Of a DNA stretch of 64,000 nucleotides, positions 1 through 12,370 are shown piece after piece. Below the pieces are notes generated by a model that was given only the letters and a program-made list of their open reading frames with translations, did no database searches and had not been told where the DNA came from. The stretch spans positions 5,402,152-5,466,151 of the forward strand of contig CM119270.1 of assembly GCA_051294375.1 (NCBI GenBank), written 5' to 3'. Position 1 is the stretch's first letter, and every line of letters begins with the position of its first letter. The position numbers and the translations under genes were made by a program. The stretch is from Paraspadella gotoi. Its lineage: Eukaryota; Animalia; Chaetognatha.

Positions 1-112
1 GCGGAGACTGACGATGACGTGACGCGCCACGCGGAGGCGAGATGGCGTTGGCGGCGCGCAAACAAACGCCCGAAAAAAATTGGACGGGTACACAGAGAGA
101 GAGAGAGAGAGA

Positions 113-147
<35 letters not shown>

Positions 148-195
148 GGGAGAGAGAGAAGAGAGAGAGAGAGAGAAGAGAAGTGACCCGATGAG

Positions 196-231
<36 letters not shown>

Positions 232-496
232 AATGGAGGTTAAAGGAGGAATTTTGACGCGTTGAATAAATGGACGCGAGTCTCTTGGACGAAGAGGATT
301 CCAAGCGATTTTATGGGCGGAATTTTATGGAATTTCGAATGAGAATAAAGGAATTTGATGTCCCGACCGATGCACTGGTCGATGGTTGAGAGGATTAAGT
401 GATCGCGGGGAGGGCCAGGGTGAATGGTTTTGTATTTTAGTATTATCTATATGAAATGAGATAAGATAAAATATTATAATATAATACAATTGAAAC

Positions 497-742
497 AATT
501 GAAACATTCTTTGAAATATTTTCCACTTCATTGATAGCGAAGCCAGGTACTCTGGGAGTGAATAAACGAGACTGTGAGAGAGTCTTGATTGAAAGCTTGC
601 AGGGTCCTACTATGTCATTATCTTGTAAGAGTGCTGGAGGCCTTAAACCACCAAATCCTGTCCAAAGTCAGGGGCAAGATAGCTTATTTATTAAATGAAT
701 GGGTAATTTTTATATTGGTTGTACCAATTTCATAAATATATA
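497..742 (+). repeat. Dispersed ~240-bp interspersed repeat, copy 1 (unclassified TE-derived)
   Basis: Core GGGAGTGAATAAACGAGACTGTGAGAGAGTCTTGATTGAAAGCTTGCAG...AAACCACCAAA.CCTGTCCAAAGTCAGGGG recurs near-identically at 24368-24598, partially at 13851-13937 and inverted at 58765-58900. Confidence 0.85.
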
Positions 743-824
743 ATCAATTGAACGAATGGATAATTTTATATTGGTTGCCATATTTCATATATGATAAAAT
801 ATATTATAATATACGTATATATAT

Positions 825-849
825 NNNNNNNNNNNNNNNNNNNNNNNNN
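825..849. other. Assembly gap (N run)
   Basis: Run of N directly before the tandem array. Confidence 1.
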
Positions 850-2460
850 GGACTATTTTACTAAAAAATTATAAAAGGGGATTTTCATGGCAGGGAATTG
901 ATTTTCTTGCTGGCAGAACCATGAATTTTTTGAACCAAAAAGCTTAGGAAATTCTTATTAGCTACGATTTTTTTCTCACAGCAGGATATATTTCTGCTTG
1001 CAGTACTTATTTTACTAAAAATATTAAAGGGGAATTTTTTTCTGGCAGAATGAATTTTTTTGCTGGCAGGGGAACAGTCATTTTTCAAACAAAATCTAAG
1101 GATAATCTTTTTGCAGGATTTTTTCTCACAGCAGAATTAATTTCCTGTTGGCAGGATTATTTTACTAAAAAGATATAAAGTGGGATTTTCATGGCAGGAA
1201 TGATTTTTTGTGGCAGGAACAGTCATTGTTTCAAACAAAATCTGAGGAAAATCTTTTTGGCAGGATTTTTTTTCTCACAGCAGAATAATTTCTGTTGCAG
1301 GACTATTTTACTAAAAATGATTAAAGGGGATTTTTTCATGCAGGAATGATTTTTTGTGGCAGGAACAGTCATTTTTCAAACAAATCATAGGAAATCTATT
1401 AGCAGGATTTTTTTCCGTGAAGCAGGAATAATTTCGTGTTGCAGGACGTATTTTACTAAAAATATTAAAGGGATTTCATTGGCAGGGAATGACTTTTTGC
1501 TGGCAGGAAACAGTCAATTTTTCAAACAAAATCCAAGAAAATCTTATTAGCAGGATTTTTTCTACAGCAGGATTAATTTCTGTTGGCAGGACTATTTTAC
1601 AAAAATATTAAAGGGGATTTTCATGGCAGGAATTGACTTTTTCTAGGCAGGAACAGTGCAATTTTTTAAACAAAAGCTTAGAAATCTTTTTAGCAGGATT
1701 TTTTTCTCACAGCAGATTAATTTCTGTTGGCAGGACTATTTTACTAAAAATATTAAAGGGATTTTTCATGGCAGGAATGATTTGTGCAGAACAGTCATTT
1801 TTCAAAACAAAATGCTTAGGAAATCTCTTTTTGCAGGATTTTTTTTCTGACAGCAGGATAATTTCTGTTGGCAGGACTATTTTACTAAAAATATTAAAGG
1901 GATTTTTTCATGGCAGGAATGACTTTTTGACTGCAGGAACAGTCATTTTTCAAACAAAATCAAGGAAATCTTTTTGCAGGATTTTTTTTCACAGCAGGAT
2001 TAATTTCTGTTGGCAGGACTATTTTACTAAAAATAATTAAAGGGGATTTTTCATGGCAGGAATGATTTTTTTGTGGCAGGAACAGTCATTTTTCAAAACA
2101 AAATTCTTAGGAAAATCTTTTTGGCAGGATTTTTTTTTCTACAGCAGGAATATTTCTGTTTGCAGGACTATTTTACTAAAAATATTAAAGGGGATTTTTC
2201 ATGGCACGAATGATTTTTTGCTGGCAGGAACAGTCATTTTTCAAACAAAACTTAGGAAATCTTTTTGGCAGGATTTTTTCTCACAGCAGAATAATTTCTG
2301 TTGGCAGGACTATTTTACTAAAAATATTAAAGGGGATTTTTCATGGCAGAATGACTTTTGCTGGCCAGGAACAGTACATTTTTCAAAACAAAATCGCAAG
2401 TAAATCTTATTTGCAGATTTTTTCACCGGTTATTCTTGCAGACTATTTCAAAATTAGGAT
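850..2460 (+). repeat. Tandem array of ~144-bp monomers, left arm of foldback (~11 copies)
   Basis: GCAGGACTATTTTACTAAAAATATTAAAGGG recurs at e.g. 1730, 1871, 2013, 2162 and 2304. Each monomer has five GCAGGA sub-motifs. Confidence 0.95.
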
Positions 2461-2816
2461 TCAGGCAGGATGTTTCTGGCAGGAACAGTCATTTCAACAT
2501 CGAATCTTTTTGGCCAGTTTTCTCCCCCCAGGAAATAAGTTTTCTTTGCGCAGGACATTACTAAATCCTATAAGGATTTTTATCAGGAAATGATTTTTTG
2601 TTGGAACGTCATTGAAAACTTAAATTGCAGGATTCCAGCAGATTCCGTGACATTTTACAATAGGATTTCATGCGAAGATTGCTGCAGCAGTCATTTTTAC
2701 ATCGAATCTGCGTTTTCCAAGGAATGTTGGAGGATTACAAATAAAATTCATGCAGAACTTTGGGGCCGAATAGTAAGATCTCTCTAGCAGATCCCTAAAT
2801 CTGCGTTTTTCGATTT

Positions 2817-4640
2817 TTGAAAAATGACTGTTCCTGCCAGCAAAAAATCATTCCTGCCATCGAAAATCCCTTTTAATATTTTTATAGTAAATAGTCCTGC
2901 CAACAGGAATTATTCCTGCTGTGAGAAAAGAATCTGCCAAAAAGATTTCCTAAGCTTTTGTTTTCAAAAAATGACTGTTCCTGCCAGCAAAAAATCATTC
3001 TGCCATGAAAATCCCCTTTAATTATTTTTAGTAAAATAGTCCTGCCAACAGAAAATTATTCCTGCTGTAGAAATAAATCTGCCAAAAAGATTCCTCAGAT
3101 TTTGTTTGAAAAATGACTGTTCCTGGCCAACAAAAAATCATTTCCTGCCATGAAAAAATCCCCTTTAATATTTTTAGTAAATAGTCCTGCCAATCAGAAA
3201 TTAATTCCGCCTGTGAGAAAAAAATCCTGCAACAAGATTTCCTTGGATTTTGTTTGAAAATGACTGTTACCTGCCAATCAAAAGATCCATTCCTTGCCAT
3301 GAAAAAATCCCTTTAATATATTTTAGTAAATAGTCCTGCCAACATGAAATTATTCCTTGCTTGTGAGAAAAAAATTCCTGCCAAAAAGATTTCCTAAGAA
3401 TTTTTGTTTGAAAAATGACTGTTCCTGCCAGCAAAAATCAATTCCTGCCATGAAAAATCCCCTTTAATATTTTTAGTAAAATAGTCCTGCCAACAGGAAA
3501 TTAATCCATGCTGTGGAGAAAAAAATCCTGCTAAAAGATTTTCCTAATTTTGTTGAAAGAATGCACTGTTCCTGCCAGCAAAAGTCATTCCTGCCATGAA
3601 AATATCCCCTTTAATATTTTTAGGTTAAAATAGCCTGCCACGAAATTATTCCTGCTGTCAAGAAAAAAATCCTGCTAATGAAGATTTCTTGGATTTTGTT
3701 TTGAAAAATTACTGTTCCTGCAACAAAAATCATTCCTGCTATGAAAAATCCCCTTTAATATTTTTAGTAAAATAGTCCTGCCAACAGAAATATTCCTTGC
3801 TTAGAGAAAAAATCCTGCCAAAAAGATTTCCTCATGATTTTGTTTGAAAAAATGACTGTTCCTGCCACAAAAAATCATTCCTGCCATGAAAAATCCCCTT
3901 TTATATTTTAGTAAAATAGTCCTGCAACAGGAATTATTCTGCTGTAAAGAAAAAAATCCTGCCAAAAGATTCTCCTAAGAATTTGTTTGAAAAATGATCT
4001 GTTCCTGCCAGCAAAAAATCATTCCTGCCATGAAAAATCCCCTTTAACATTTTTTAGTAAAATAGTTCCTGCCAAACAGAAAATTATCCTGCTGTGAGAA
4101 AAAAAGTCCTGCCAATAAGATTTCCTTAGATTTTGCTTTGACAAAAATGACTGTTCCTGCCAGCAAAAAATCATTCCTGCAAAAAATCCCCTTTAATATT
4201 TTAGTAAAATAGGTCCTGCCAACAGAAAGTTAATCCTGACTGGTGATAAAAAATCGCTAATAAGATTTCCGGTAGCTTTGTTTAAAAATCACTGTTCCTG
4301 CCAGCAAAATAGTCATTCCTGCATGAAAAATCCCCTTTATTATTTTAGTAAAATAGTCCTGCGAACAGAAATTATTCCTGCTGTGTAAAAAAATCCTGCT
4401 CAAAAGATTTCCTGAAGATTTATGTTTGAAAAATTGACTGTTCCTGCCAGCCAAAAATCATTTCCTGTCCATGAAAAACCTCCCCTTTCATACTTTTAGT
4501 AAAATATCCTGCCAAACAGAAGTTAATCTGCTGTAGAAAAAAATCTGCTAATAAGATTTCCTTATTTTGTTTAAACAAGATGTTCCTGCCAGGCAAAGTC
4601 ATAATCCTGCTGCTAAAAAAGTCCCTGAAGTACCCAATCA
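2817..4640 (-). repeat. Same ~144-bp monomer in reverse orientation, right arm of foldback (~12 copies)
   Basis: CCCTTTAATATTTTTAGTAAAATAGTCCTGC recurs about every 145 bp from ~2870 to ~4510 and is the reverse complement of the left-arm monomer. Confidence 0.95.
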
Positions 4641-5471
4641 AAAAAAAAACGTTCCTGCCAAAATATATCAATCCTTGTCTAGGAAAATCCCGTGATTACA
4701 ATCAGAGTGATCCTGCCAGTCCTTCTATTATATTTTCCGGAAAATTCGTAGGTTTTTTTTTATCCTAAGTATCTGCCAATCTGACCCCAAATTCCTGCCA
4801 ATGATGCAGAAACCAGTCTTTTAGTGAAGTGAAGAAAAAAAAATCCAAATTTAAAAGCTGCTCTCGTCCTGAGCACCTTACCTTTTTGGTGAGGATAAAT
4901 ATGAGAAAAGGATTATTTTAAAATCACTTTTTAATTTTCAAGTATCTCGAATGAAGTAAAGCTTATTTTCGTTTATTATTATTTATAATGTATCGTAAAA
5001 TAAACAAAAAACCAAAATTAATAAAAATGATTAAAAGTTAACAAAAACTAAATTTTAACTTTCATACAAAAAAAATTAGACCCTTTCAAATTCCTCAGTT
5101 TCTCACATTCAGACACTCAAACATTAGGCAAGCTTTTTTTTCGCGCCCAAGCTGATTGGCTCTTCCCTTTTTTTTCACCCATTTAAGCAGAGCTTTCCGG
5201 CCACAAATAGGTTTTGACTTTTTTTTGTTTGTTTCACCGATAGGAGTCGGAGTTTCTCGTTTCGCTTCGACGCTTCGTTGAAACGTGAGAAGGACACACG
5301 ACCCGCCCCAACGACTGACCTCTACCGGTTGTAAAGATAAACATATATACGAAATACAACAAACTAAAAGAAGACAAACAAAAAGAAGGGCAGAAAAAAC
5401 TTGGAACGGAAGCAACTTAGGTCAAGTTTACTCGCCGCGCGTTCGTCAATTCTACACTTGGCTTACTTTAG

Positions 5472-5860
5472 TTTTATTAGTTGCGCCGCGAGTACTCGCG
5501 GAGCAACTCTATAAGTCTCTTTTCGGTCGGTCTGTCGGTCGGTCGGTATATCTGTTCGTCAGTCTGTCCCACTTACGTTAAAAATGCATATAATTTGCTT
5601 ATTTGTTAAGACAGAAAAAAACCTCAAATCTAATTGACTGCTAGCGCTGCCTTCAGGAAATCTTAAAACTAAAATAGAATAAAAGATGGAATTTTGATGC
5701 AGTGCATGTCATAAATACACCGGCTTAGAAACTTATTGTAGTCATGTTATGTCACATCATGTCATATCACGTCATATCATATCTTGTCATGTCAAATCAC
5801 AAGAAATACATGTGATAAGGCAGTCACTGTGGCGCAACACATTTTAATTACCGTTCTTTT
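5472..5860 (+). mobile_element. DINE-1/Helentron-like non-autonomous element
   Basis: T-rich start, hairpin AGTTGC-GCCGCGAGTACTCGCGG-AGCAACT (5479-5508), (GTCG/GTCT)n tract, subterminal inverted repeat GTTGCGCCGC (5480) / GTGGCGCAAC (5829-5838), T-rich end. Confidence 0.55.
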
Positions 5861-5873
5861 TTTCTTTCTTTTA

Positions 5874-5880
5874 TCATTTC

Positions 5881-5975
<95 letters not shown>
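5874..5975. repeat. (TTTC)n microsatellite
   Basis: Direct reading. Confidence 0.95.
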
Positions 5976-5976
<1 letters not shown>

Positions 5977-6509
5977 ATTTTCTTCCTGTCTTCGAATAGG
6001 CTCGGAGAAAGGGAGAAAAAGGTCCGAGGAGAATGAATGAGCGGGAGAAAGAGAGGGAGATCCGAGATGTTAAAGGTAAAAGACATTATTTGGGTGAGGA
6101 TTTAAGGCGCATTACTGATGAAAGGCAGGCATCAAAAATATAAATTACTTGACCGCCTTTAACTCTTTCTTCTCTTCTCGCTTTAAATATTAATCTGTTC
6201 TTGTATTTTTTCTCTCTTATTATTTATTACTCTTTTTTTCTTTTTTCTTTTTTTTTCCTCCTTTTTTCACAATTTTTTCCCCCAGAATCATTCCTCGAAT
6301 CCTACTATTCAATATTCATAACTTTTTTCCTTTCTTCTTTTCTCCTTCCATCTTGTTCTTAATCTTCTTTTTTTTCTCCCCCTTTCCTTTTTTTCCTTTC
6401 CTCCGTTCCTCCTTCCTCCCTCTCAACTCTCGACCCGAGTCTGACCGTTAACCGAAAATTCCGCCAACGGATTTTCTCCGTCTTCTCTCCTTTGTTATGA
6501 GTCTCGAGA

Positions 6510-6890
6510 GGCGAGAGGAAGGAAAGAGAAGGAATGAGGAGGAAAGGGAAGAATGAGGAAGAGAGAGAGGAATGAGGAGGAAAGGCAGAAAATAGGAGGA
6601 AAGGGAGGAATGAGGAGGTAAGATAGGAAATAGAAGGAAAGGAAGGAAATAGGAGGAAAGGGAGGAATGAGTAGGAGAGGGAGGCATGGGGAAGAGAGGG
6701 AGGAATGAGGAGGAAAGGGAGGAATGAGGAAGAGAGGGAGGAATGAGGAGGAAAGGAAGGAATGAGGAAGAGAGGGAGGAATTAGAGAAAGGGAGAATGA
6801 GAAGGACAGGAGACATGAGGAAGACGAGGCAAGGAAATTAGGAGGAAAGGGGAAATGAAGAAGGAAAAGGGAGGAATGAGGAAGAGAGGA
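6510..6890. repeat. Polypurine degenerate minisatellite (GGAATGAGGA/GGAAAGGGA units)
   Basis: Repeated GAGGAATGAGGA motifs. Confidence 0.8.
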
Positions 6891-7806
6891 AGTTTGGGGA
6901 GGTAAGGGTGGAAGAGAGGAAAAAAGAAAGAAAGATGGAGGAGAAAAAACAAAAAGGGAAAAAAATGGGGGGGGAAATAATAGGCTAAATATTTACGTAC
7001 TTATTTAACCATTTAAGTCCAAAAATTATTTTATTTATAAAAAAATAAAGGTTAACTGAAGAAGAAAATTTTGCTAATGACAATTTTACATGATAATTTG
7101 CTAAGGCCTAATGTACATATACTTTTACACTAATATTTAGGCGTTTAGGTTTAATCTTTGTGTTTTTTGATATTTTTTTCTCGACTAAATATTCAACTGA
7201 GTCGAACTTGAACTTGAACAATGAACAAGGTCAATGATGAAAGCGTTTCTTTGTTCCTATTAGGAAAGTAGAGCAAAAGAAGGAGACCAGATTGACTCGG
7301 CGAGATACTTGAAGGTCGTAAAGGAAAATCCAGTTTGATTATCAGATGTGATATGCAGTCAGGAGAGAAGATGAAAGAGAGTATGGGAGAAGATTTAAAG
7401 AGAAGAAAAGATAAGGGAACAGGAAGAGAAAAGAGAAGAGAGAAGGCAATATAGGAACAGAAGAGAAGAGAAAAAAGAGAGAGAAAAGAGGGGAAAAGGA
7501 AAGAAATGAAAATAAAATAGATAAGAAGAAAGGAAAAGAAATGAAAATAATAGGAATTAGAAAAGAAGATAGTAAAAGAAGAGCCGAGAAATGAAGAAAC
7601 AAGAAGAGAAGGGGAAAAAAGAGAATAAAGAAAAAAATAAATTGGGGAAAATTTAATAGAGAGGGAAACAATTGTCCTTTCAAATCCTCGGTCCAGAACA
7701 TTCGGTTGACCTTCCTCTGGACTCGAACCAAAGAGAAGTAAAGAGAAGAAAAGTGTAGTGAAGAAATAAAAAGAAAAGAAAAGAAAAGAAAAGAAAATCA
7801 ATTTAC

Positions 7807-8022
7807 CTTCAAATCCTCGGACGAATGGCATTAGCGTCCGGTTGACGTTCCACTTGACACGAACCGAAGTTGTGTTGTGAATCTCGCTGACGTTGAGGGG
7901 GCCAAAGCTGGAGGCCTGGCCGTGGCGGGGATGGAAGCCTTGGGTGGAGGAGGAGGAAGAGGAAGAAGAGAAGGAGGTGGAGATGGGTGGGAGGGTGAGA
8001 GAGGAGGGCGACTGCACCAGGC
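7807..8022 (-). CDS. Internal exon encoding the start of a fibronectin type III domain (Robo-type FN3-like), probably part of the gene starting at 21691
   Basis: CCCACAG acceptor and G|GTAAAT donor, phase 1-1, 216 nt. Translates ...GPLNVSEIHNTTSVRVKWNVNRTLMPFVRGFE, matching the FN3 pattern TSVxVxW...GF/Y. Confidence 0.65.
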
Positions 8023-8110
8023 CTGTGGGAAGTGGGAGGGTGTGAGGGAATGTTATAGAGAGGTATTTATTTATTTATTTATTTATTGATTGATTGATTG
8101 ATTGACTGAT

Positions 8111-8197
<87 letters not shown>

Positions 8198-8583
8198 TTT
8201 CTCTTTCTTTCTTTCTTTTTTCCCTTATTCTCTTTCCTAAATCCGAGGCTGCAATTTCCACCCGGAATCAATCCGTCCAATTTCCAATCGATGAATCAAT
8301 CGTTCAATCAACCGAATCACCTGGAATCTTTGTTTGCAAAGGAAATGGATGAAGACTAGAGAAAAAGAGGAAATGGATAAAAAGAAAGAATGAAGAAAAA
8401 AAAGAAAGAAGAATGATAAAAAAAGAGAAAGAAAGGAAAGATGTAATTCGAGAGAAAAAAGAGGGAAAAAAAGGCGAGAAACAAATTTAGTTATGTAAGA
8501 TTAAAAAGGGAAAAAAAGAAGAAAACAGGAACTACTATCTAGGAAAAATGTATATTACATAATTCATTTATTAAATTCAATTA

Positions 8584-8812
8584 TACAAACCATGGGCAAA
8601 ACATTCTTAAAAATTGGTATACCCTTCCTTGGCATCGACTACTGCCTGCATTCGTCTAGGTATGCTTTTATACAGAAAATTGAGGCATGACAGTTAATTT
8701 TTTTAGACATTTTTAACGCAATTCTTTTTACTCTCGATATTGATATTCAGCATCTTTCCTTCTTTTCTGAGAGCTATAATAACACTTTTTTGAACCAGAA
8801 TGATGTGCATTG
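8584..8812 (-). mobile_element. Tc1-family transposon remnant (internally deleted transposase plus one TIR end)
   Basis: Minus strand 8690-8607 reads CLNFLYKSIPRRMQAVVDAKEGYTNF*, the Tc1 transposase C-terminal motif (SMPRR..AVI.A.G..TKY). It is followed by a TIR-like end, TACAAACCATGGGCAAAA on +. A possible N-terminal piece VIIALRKEGK lies just upstream. Confidence 0.75.
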
Positions 8813-9386
8813 CCAAATTAAAAAAATAGAAAAAAAACTAACTTTATTTAAAATAAAAACATGTGGCAATATAATTAAATATAATTAAATATAATTAAAA
8901 TATAATTAAATACCAAAAATGGTGGAAAACTAAATACATTTTTTTTCCCATTTTTCATTTGTAGTAACAATATTTTTTTGCCTGTAACTTCTAACTGACC
9001 TACAAACTAATAGAAGGAAGCTACTGAAAAAAAATTCAATGTAAATTTGGAAAAATTCTGATTTTTTTAAAAACAAATAAGTATCCGAGTAGATATCTTT
9101 TATTAAAAATGTCATATACTTTTTTCCTAGATAGTATGTAGAGAGAGAGAGAGAGAAAGAGAGAGAGAGCGGGGAAAAGCCCAAAGTCAATAGAAGGAAA
9201 ACGAGCGGATAAAACGGGAGAAGAAAACAACTAATGACTCCTATTAACTCTTGATAAGGAAAGACGGTGTCCGTGGAAGGAAGATGAGAGGGGGAGAGAG
9301 AAAGAGAGAAAAGACAAGGGACAATTGGCGGGAAAGGGAGAGAAGAAGAGAGAGAAAGAGGAGGGAGGGAGGGAGGGAGGGGGAGG

Positions 9387-9458
<72 letters not shown>

Positions 9459-11046
9459 GAAGACAAAAAGAATACGCGAGGAAAGGAAAGAGATAAATGG
9501 ATGAAAAGAAAAGAGAGAGAAAGATAGTGCATTTTTTATCACTCTCAGATTAGCTTCTTTTTTCCTTTCTCTTTGATGAGATTCCTTTGTTTTCCGTCTT
9601 TCTTTTCTTTTCTTTTGTTTTTTTAATTCTCCAAAAGCAATTCCTATCAGGTTTGTTAGCGAATTTACATCGTCTTATCAATACCTTTATTGAAAGCGTT
9701 TTAAATATTATAATTGTCAAAAAAACTAATAATTAATTAAAAGCTTTTCCTTTTCGAAACTTATTTTCCACTGGACCGTGGCCAGCTCAAGAAAACGTTT
9801 TTTTTTTCTGAGTGAGATTAAAAAAAAACTTCAGAAATTTTTAATTACTATTCATGAATTTTTATTGATTCTTTTTAATCTCATGAATAGCAAAATCTGT
9901 TCCACACGAGAATCTTATACGATGAAAAATACATTTGGCCAAAAAAAGATAGAAAAAGGCAGGTTAAACTGACTCACGCCATCATTCTCACCGTTTCACC
10001 TCTCTCTCTCTCTCACTCTTACTCCCTGCCCTCGCCTCTTTGTCTCGCGGCCTCAAAGAGTTGAACCCATAGACTAGTTGCATTGACGCCTCTTGAACGA
10101 AGTCACAGTGGCTATAAAATGCATCCTCTCTTTGGCACAGTGAAATTGCTACCGAGGTTGATAATGGAGTTTAGTGGAAATGAATCGAAAGTAAAGAAAC
10201 TTAAATATAGTGGTGGTATATTCACACCGCCTCACGTCCACAATCGTTCAACCATTACCATTGGCACAGAAGGGAAACACACCATCCCAGGCGTAGTATT
10301 CCATCCACAGTCCTAACGACTTCCCTCTGCGTTGGCTAAGCGAGACCGTCCTAGGGTAACCGCGCCAGTGACTGGTGCCGTCACTGAAGTTAGGAACCCC
10401 CCCCAAATCCTACATCCCATTGGGCATAAAAGGCCACCCTTTTTTACGTTTTTTTCTTTTTTTTATTTTCCTTTATTTTGTAAATTACAAAATTTCAAAA
10501 CATTTTAATAATGGTTAATTTCTTCTGCAATTTGTGAACTCAAGCCGAGATTACCTCAGTCTCCGTACGAGCAATTATATATAGGTCTCAAAACTAACAA
10601 ACATTAATTGTGTTCGCTAAAAAAGTACATTTACAACACGAGAGAGCGACCAGAGGTTGAAAGGATAATTCAAACGCAGAACAATGAGGGAGAAAAAGGC
10701 GAGGAACCGCGAATGAATGAAGACAGTCGTCACTCTGAGTGACAATTATCGAAAGAGGAGGGAAAAAAAATAAACCGTGGTTGATGGAAGGAGATTGAAA
10801 TTGAGCGAATGTGATTGAATGAAAGAATGAATTAATGAAAGAATGAATGAATTAATCAAATTTTGTAACAAACCTGATGCGTATATTTTTAAATAATGGT
10901 TTTAATAAACTAATTTTCCAGCTCCGTAAATCAGTGCATATTCTCTCTCTCTTTCTTCTCCTTCCTCCTCCTCCTCCTCATCCTCCGGTTTTACCTTCCA
11001 GATTTGGGTCAGGGTCATCGAGCAAACTCCGCCGCCTCAACCATTC

Positions 11047-11081
<35 letters not shown>

Positions 11082-11198
11082 GCGCTGGCATCATCTCTCT
11101 CTCTTCTCTCCTCTCTTTCTCTCTCACAAGTGTTAGTCCGAAGGTCCAATCCCAAAGTGAAGCAGAACAATCATACCGGAAGTCGACGGACTGGGCTC

Positions 11199-11276
<78 letters not shown>

Positions 11277-11494
11277 GGGCAAAATGAAGGAAAAGGTAAT
11301 GTACGCAGAATGGAATATTTGTATGTATGTATGTATATGTCCGTCGAAAATGAGAGAGAGAAGAGAAAAACGGCTGAGTTACTCAACGATCGGAATCAAT
11401 TGAAAGACGGTCATAACATTAACTAATATATACCAAAAGTTCCCCATTTCAGCATAAATTCAGAAGTAACTAGAAGTGTTTTATTTCAATATTT

Positions 11495-11597
11495 AAATTG
11501 GGATTAGAGGTTAGTTTATGAATTTGGTTATCGATTTGGTTTCAGTTAAATTAAGTTCAGAGATTAGTAACAAAAAGGGGGCGCTTTCGGAGAATAG
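11495..11597 (+). mobile_element. Partial copy (one end) of the MITE at 25326-25845
   Basis: GGGGCGCTTTCGGAGAATAG end preceded by GGATTAG/GGTTAG-like repeats. Confidence 0.55.
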
Positions 11598-11690
11598 TGT
11601 CAGAAAGACCGACAGACGACAGCCGTGGTGATCGTGACTTGAACAGGCGAAAAGACAAAGAGAGGATATCATCGTTTTACATGGAAAATA

Positions 11691-11724
<34 letters not shown>

Positions 11725-12279
11725 AGACGGCGACAATATTGGCAGCGATAGGCTCGAAGGAAGAACCAATAAATTACTCTTAGAAATTGAATCGATAAAA
11801 ACGGACGAGTGAAGGTCGCAGCGACGATGAAGACGACGACGACGACGACAACGAAAACGACTACGACGTCAACAACGACTATAGTACGATGAAAACAACG
11901 ATGACGACGACGATGACGACAACGACAAAGAACACAATGAAAACTTTGATGACAATGACAACGAGAATGATGAATAGCGTGATGAAAACAATGATTATGA
12001 TGATAACGACAAATAGTATGACGAAAAAATTATCATGTTGATGATGACATAAAAGATGACTCGTCTGATAAATAAAGACAATGATGATAATAACAAATGA
12101 TAGGATGAATCTAATGACTAGGAAAACTAATTTACTGAAGAAAATAACTATGAAGACAGTGTCAGTAACACTGATATCAATGAGAACAACGACAATTAAA
12201 ACGACAAATACCACTAATAGTGAAAGAATGACAATGACGACAACGACGATGACAACGACGACGTTGAAAACAATCACTG

Positions 12280-12370
12280 CGACGATTCTAACGACGATTC
12301 TAACGACGATTCTAACGACGATTCTAACGACGATTCTAACGACGATTCTAACGACGATTCTAACGACGAT
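12280..12370. repeat. 12-bp tandem repeat (ACGATTCTAACG) x~7 within a GAC/GAT/AAC low-complexity tract
   Basis: Direct reading. Confidence 0.9.

Larger units (their letters stand above)
850..4826. mobile_element. Probable non-autonomous foldback DNA transposon (CMC/EnSpm-like) whose arms are satellite arrays
   Basis: Inverted tandem arrays flank a degenerate spacer. TCCTGCCA motifs decay out to ~4800 and end in CCAGTCTTTTAGTG (reverse complement CACTAAAAGACTGG). The left terminus is hidden by the gap. The classification is inference. Confidence 0.45.

Noticed and set aside
570-600. Minimal hammerhead ribozyme (CTGTGAGAG-AGTC-TT-GATT-GAAA) in the dispersed repeat
   Set aside because: The CUGANGA core is not intact and I could not establish stems I and III by eye.
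850-4700. Many ORFs (60-135 aa) in the satellite arms
   Set aside because: They are translations of the ~144-bp monomer interrupted by indels, with no domain motifs.
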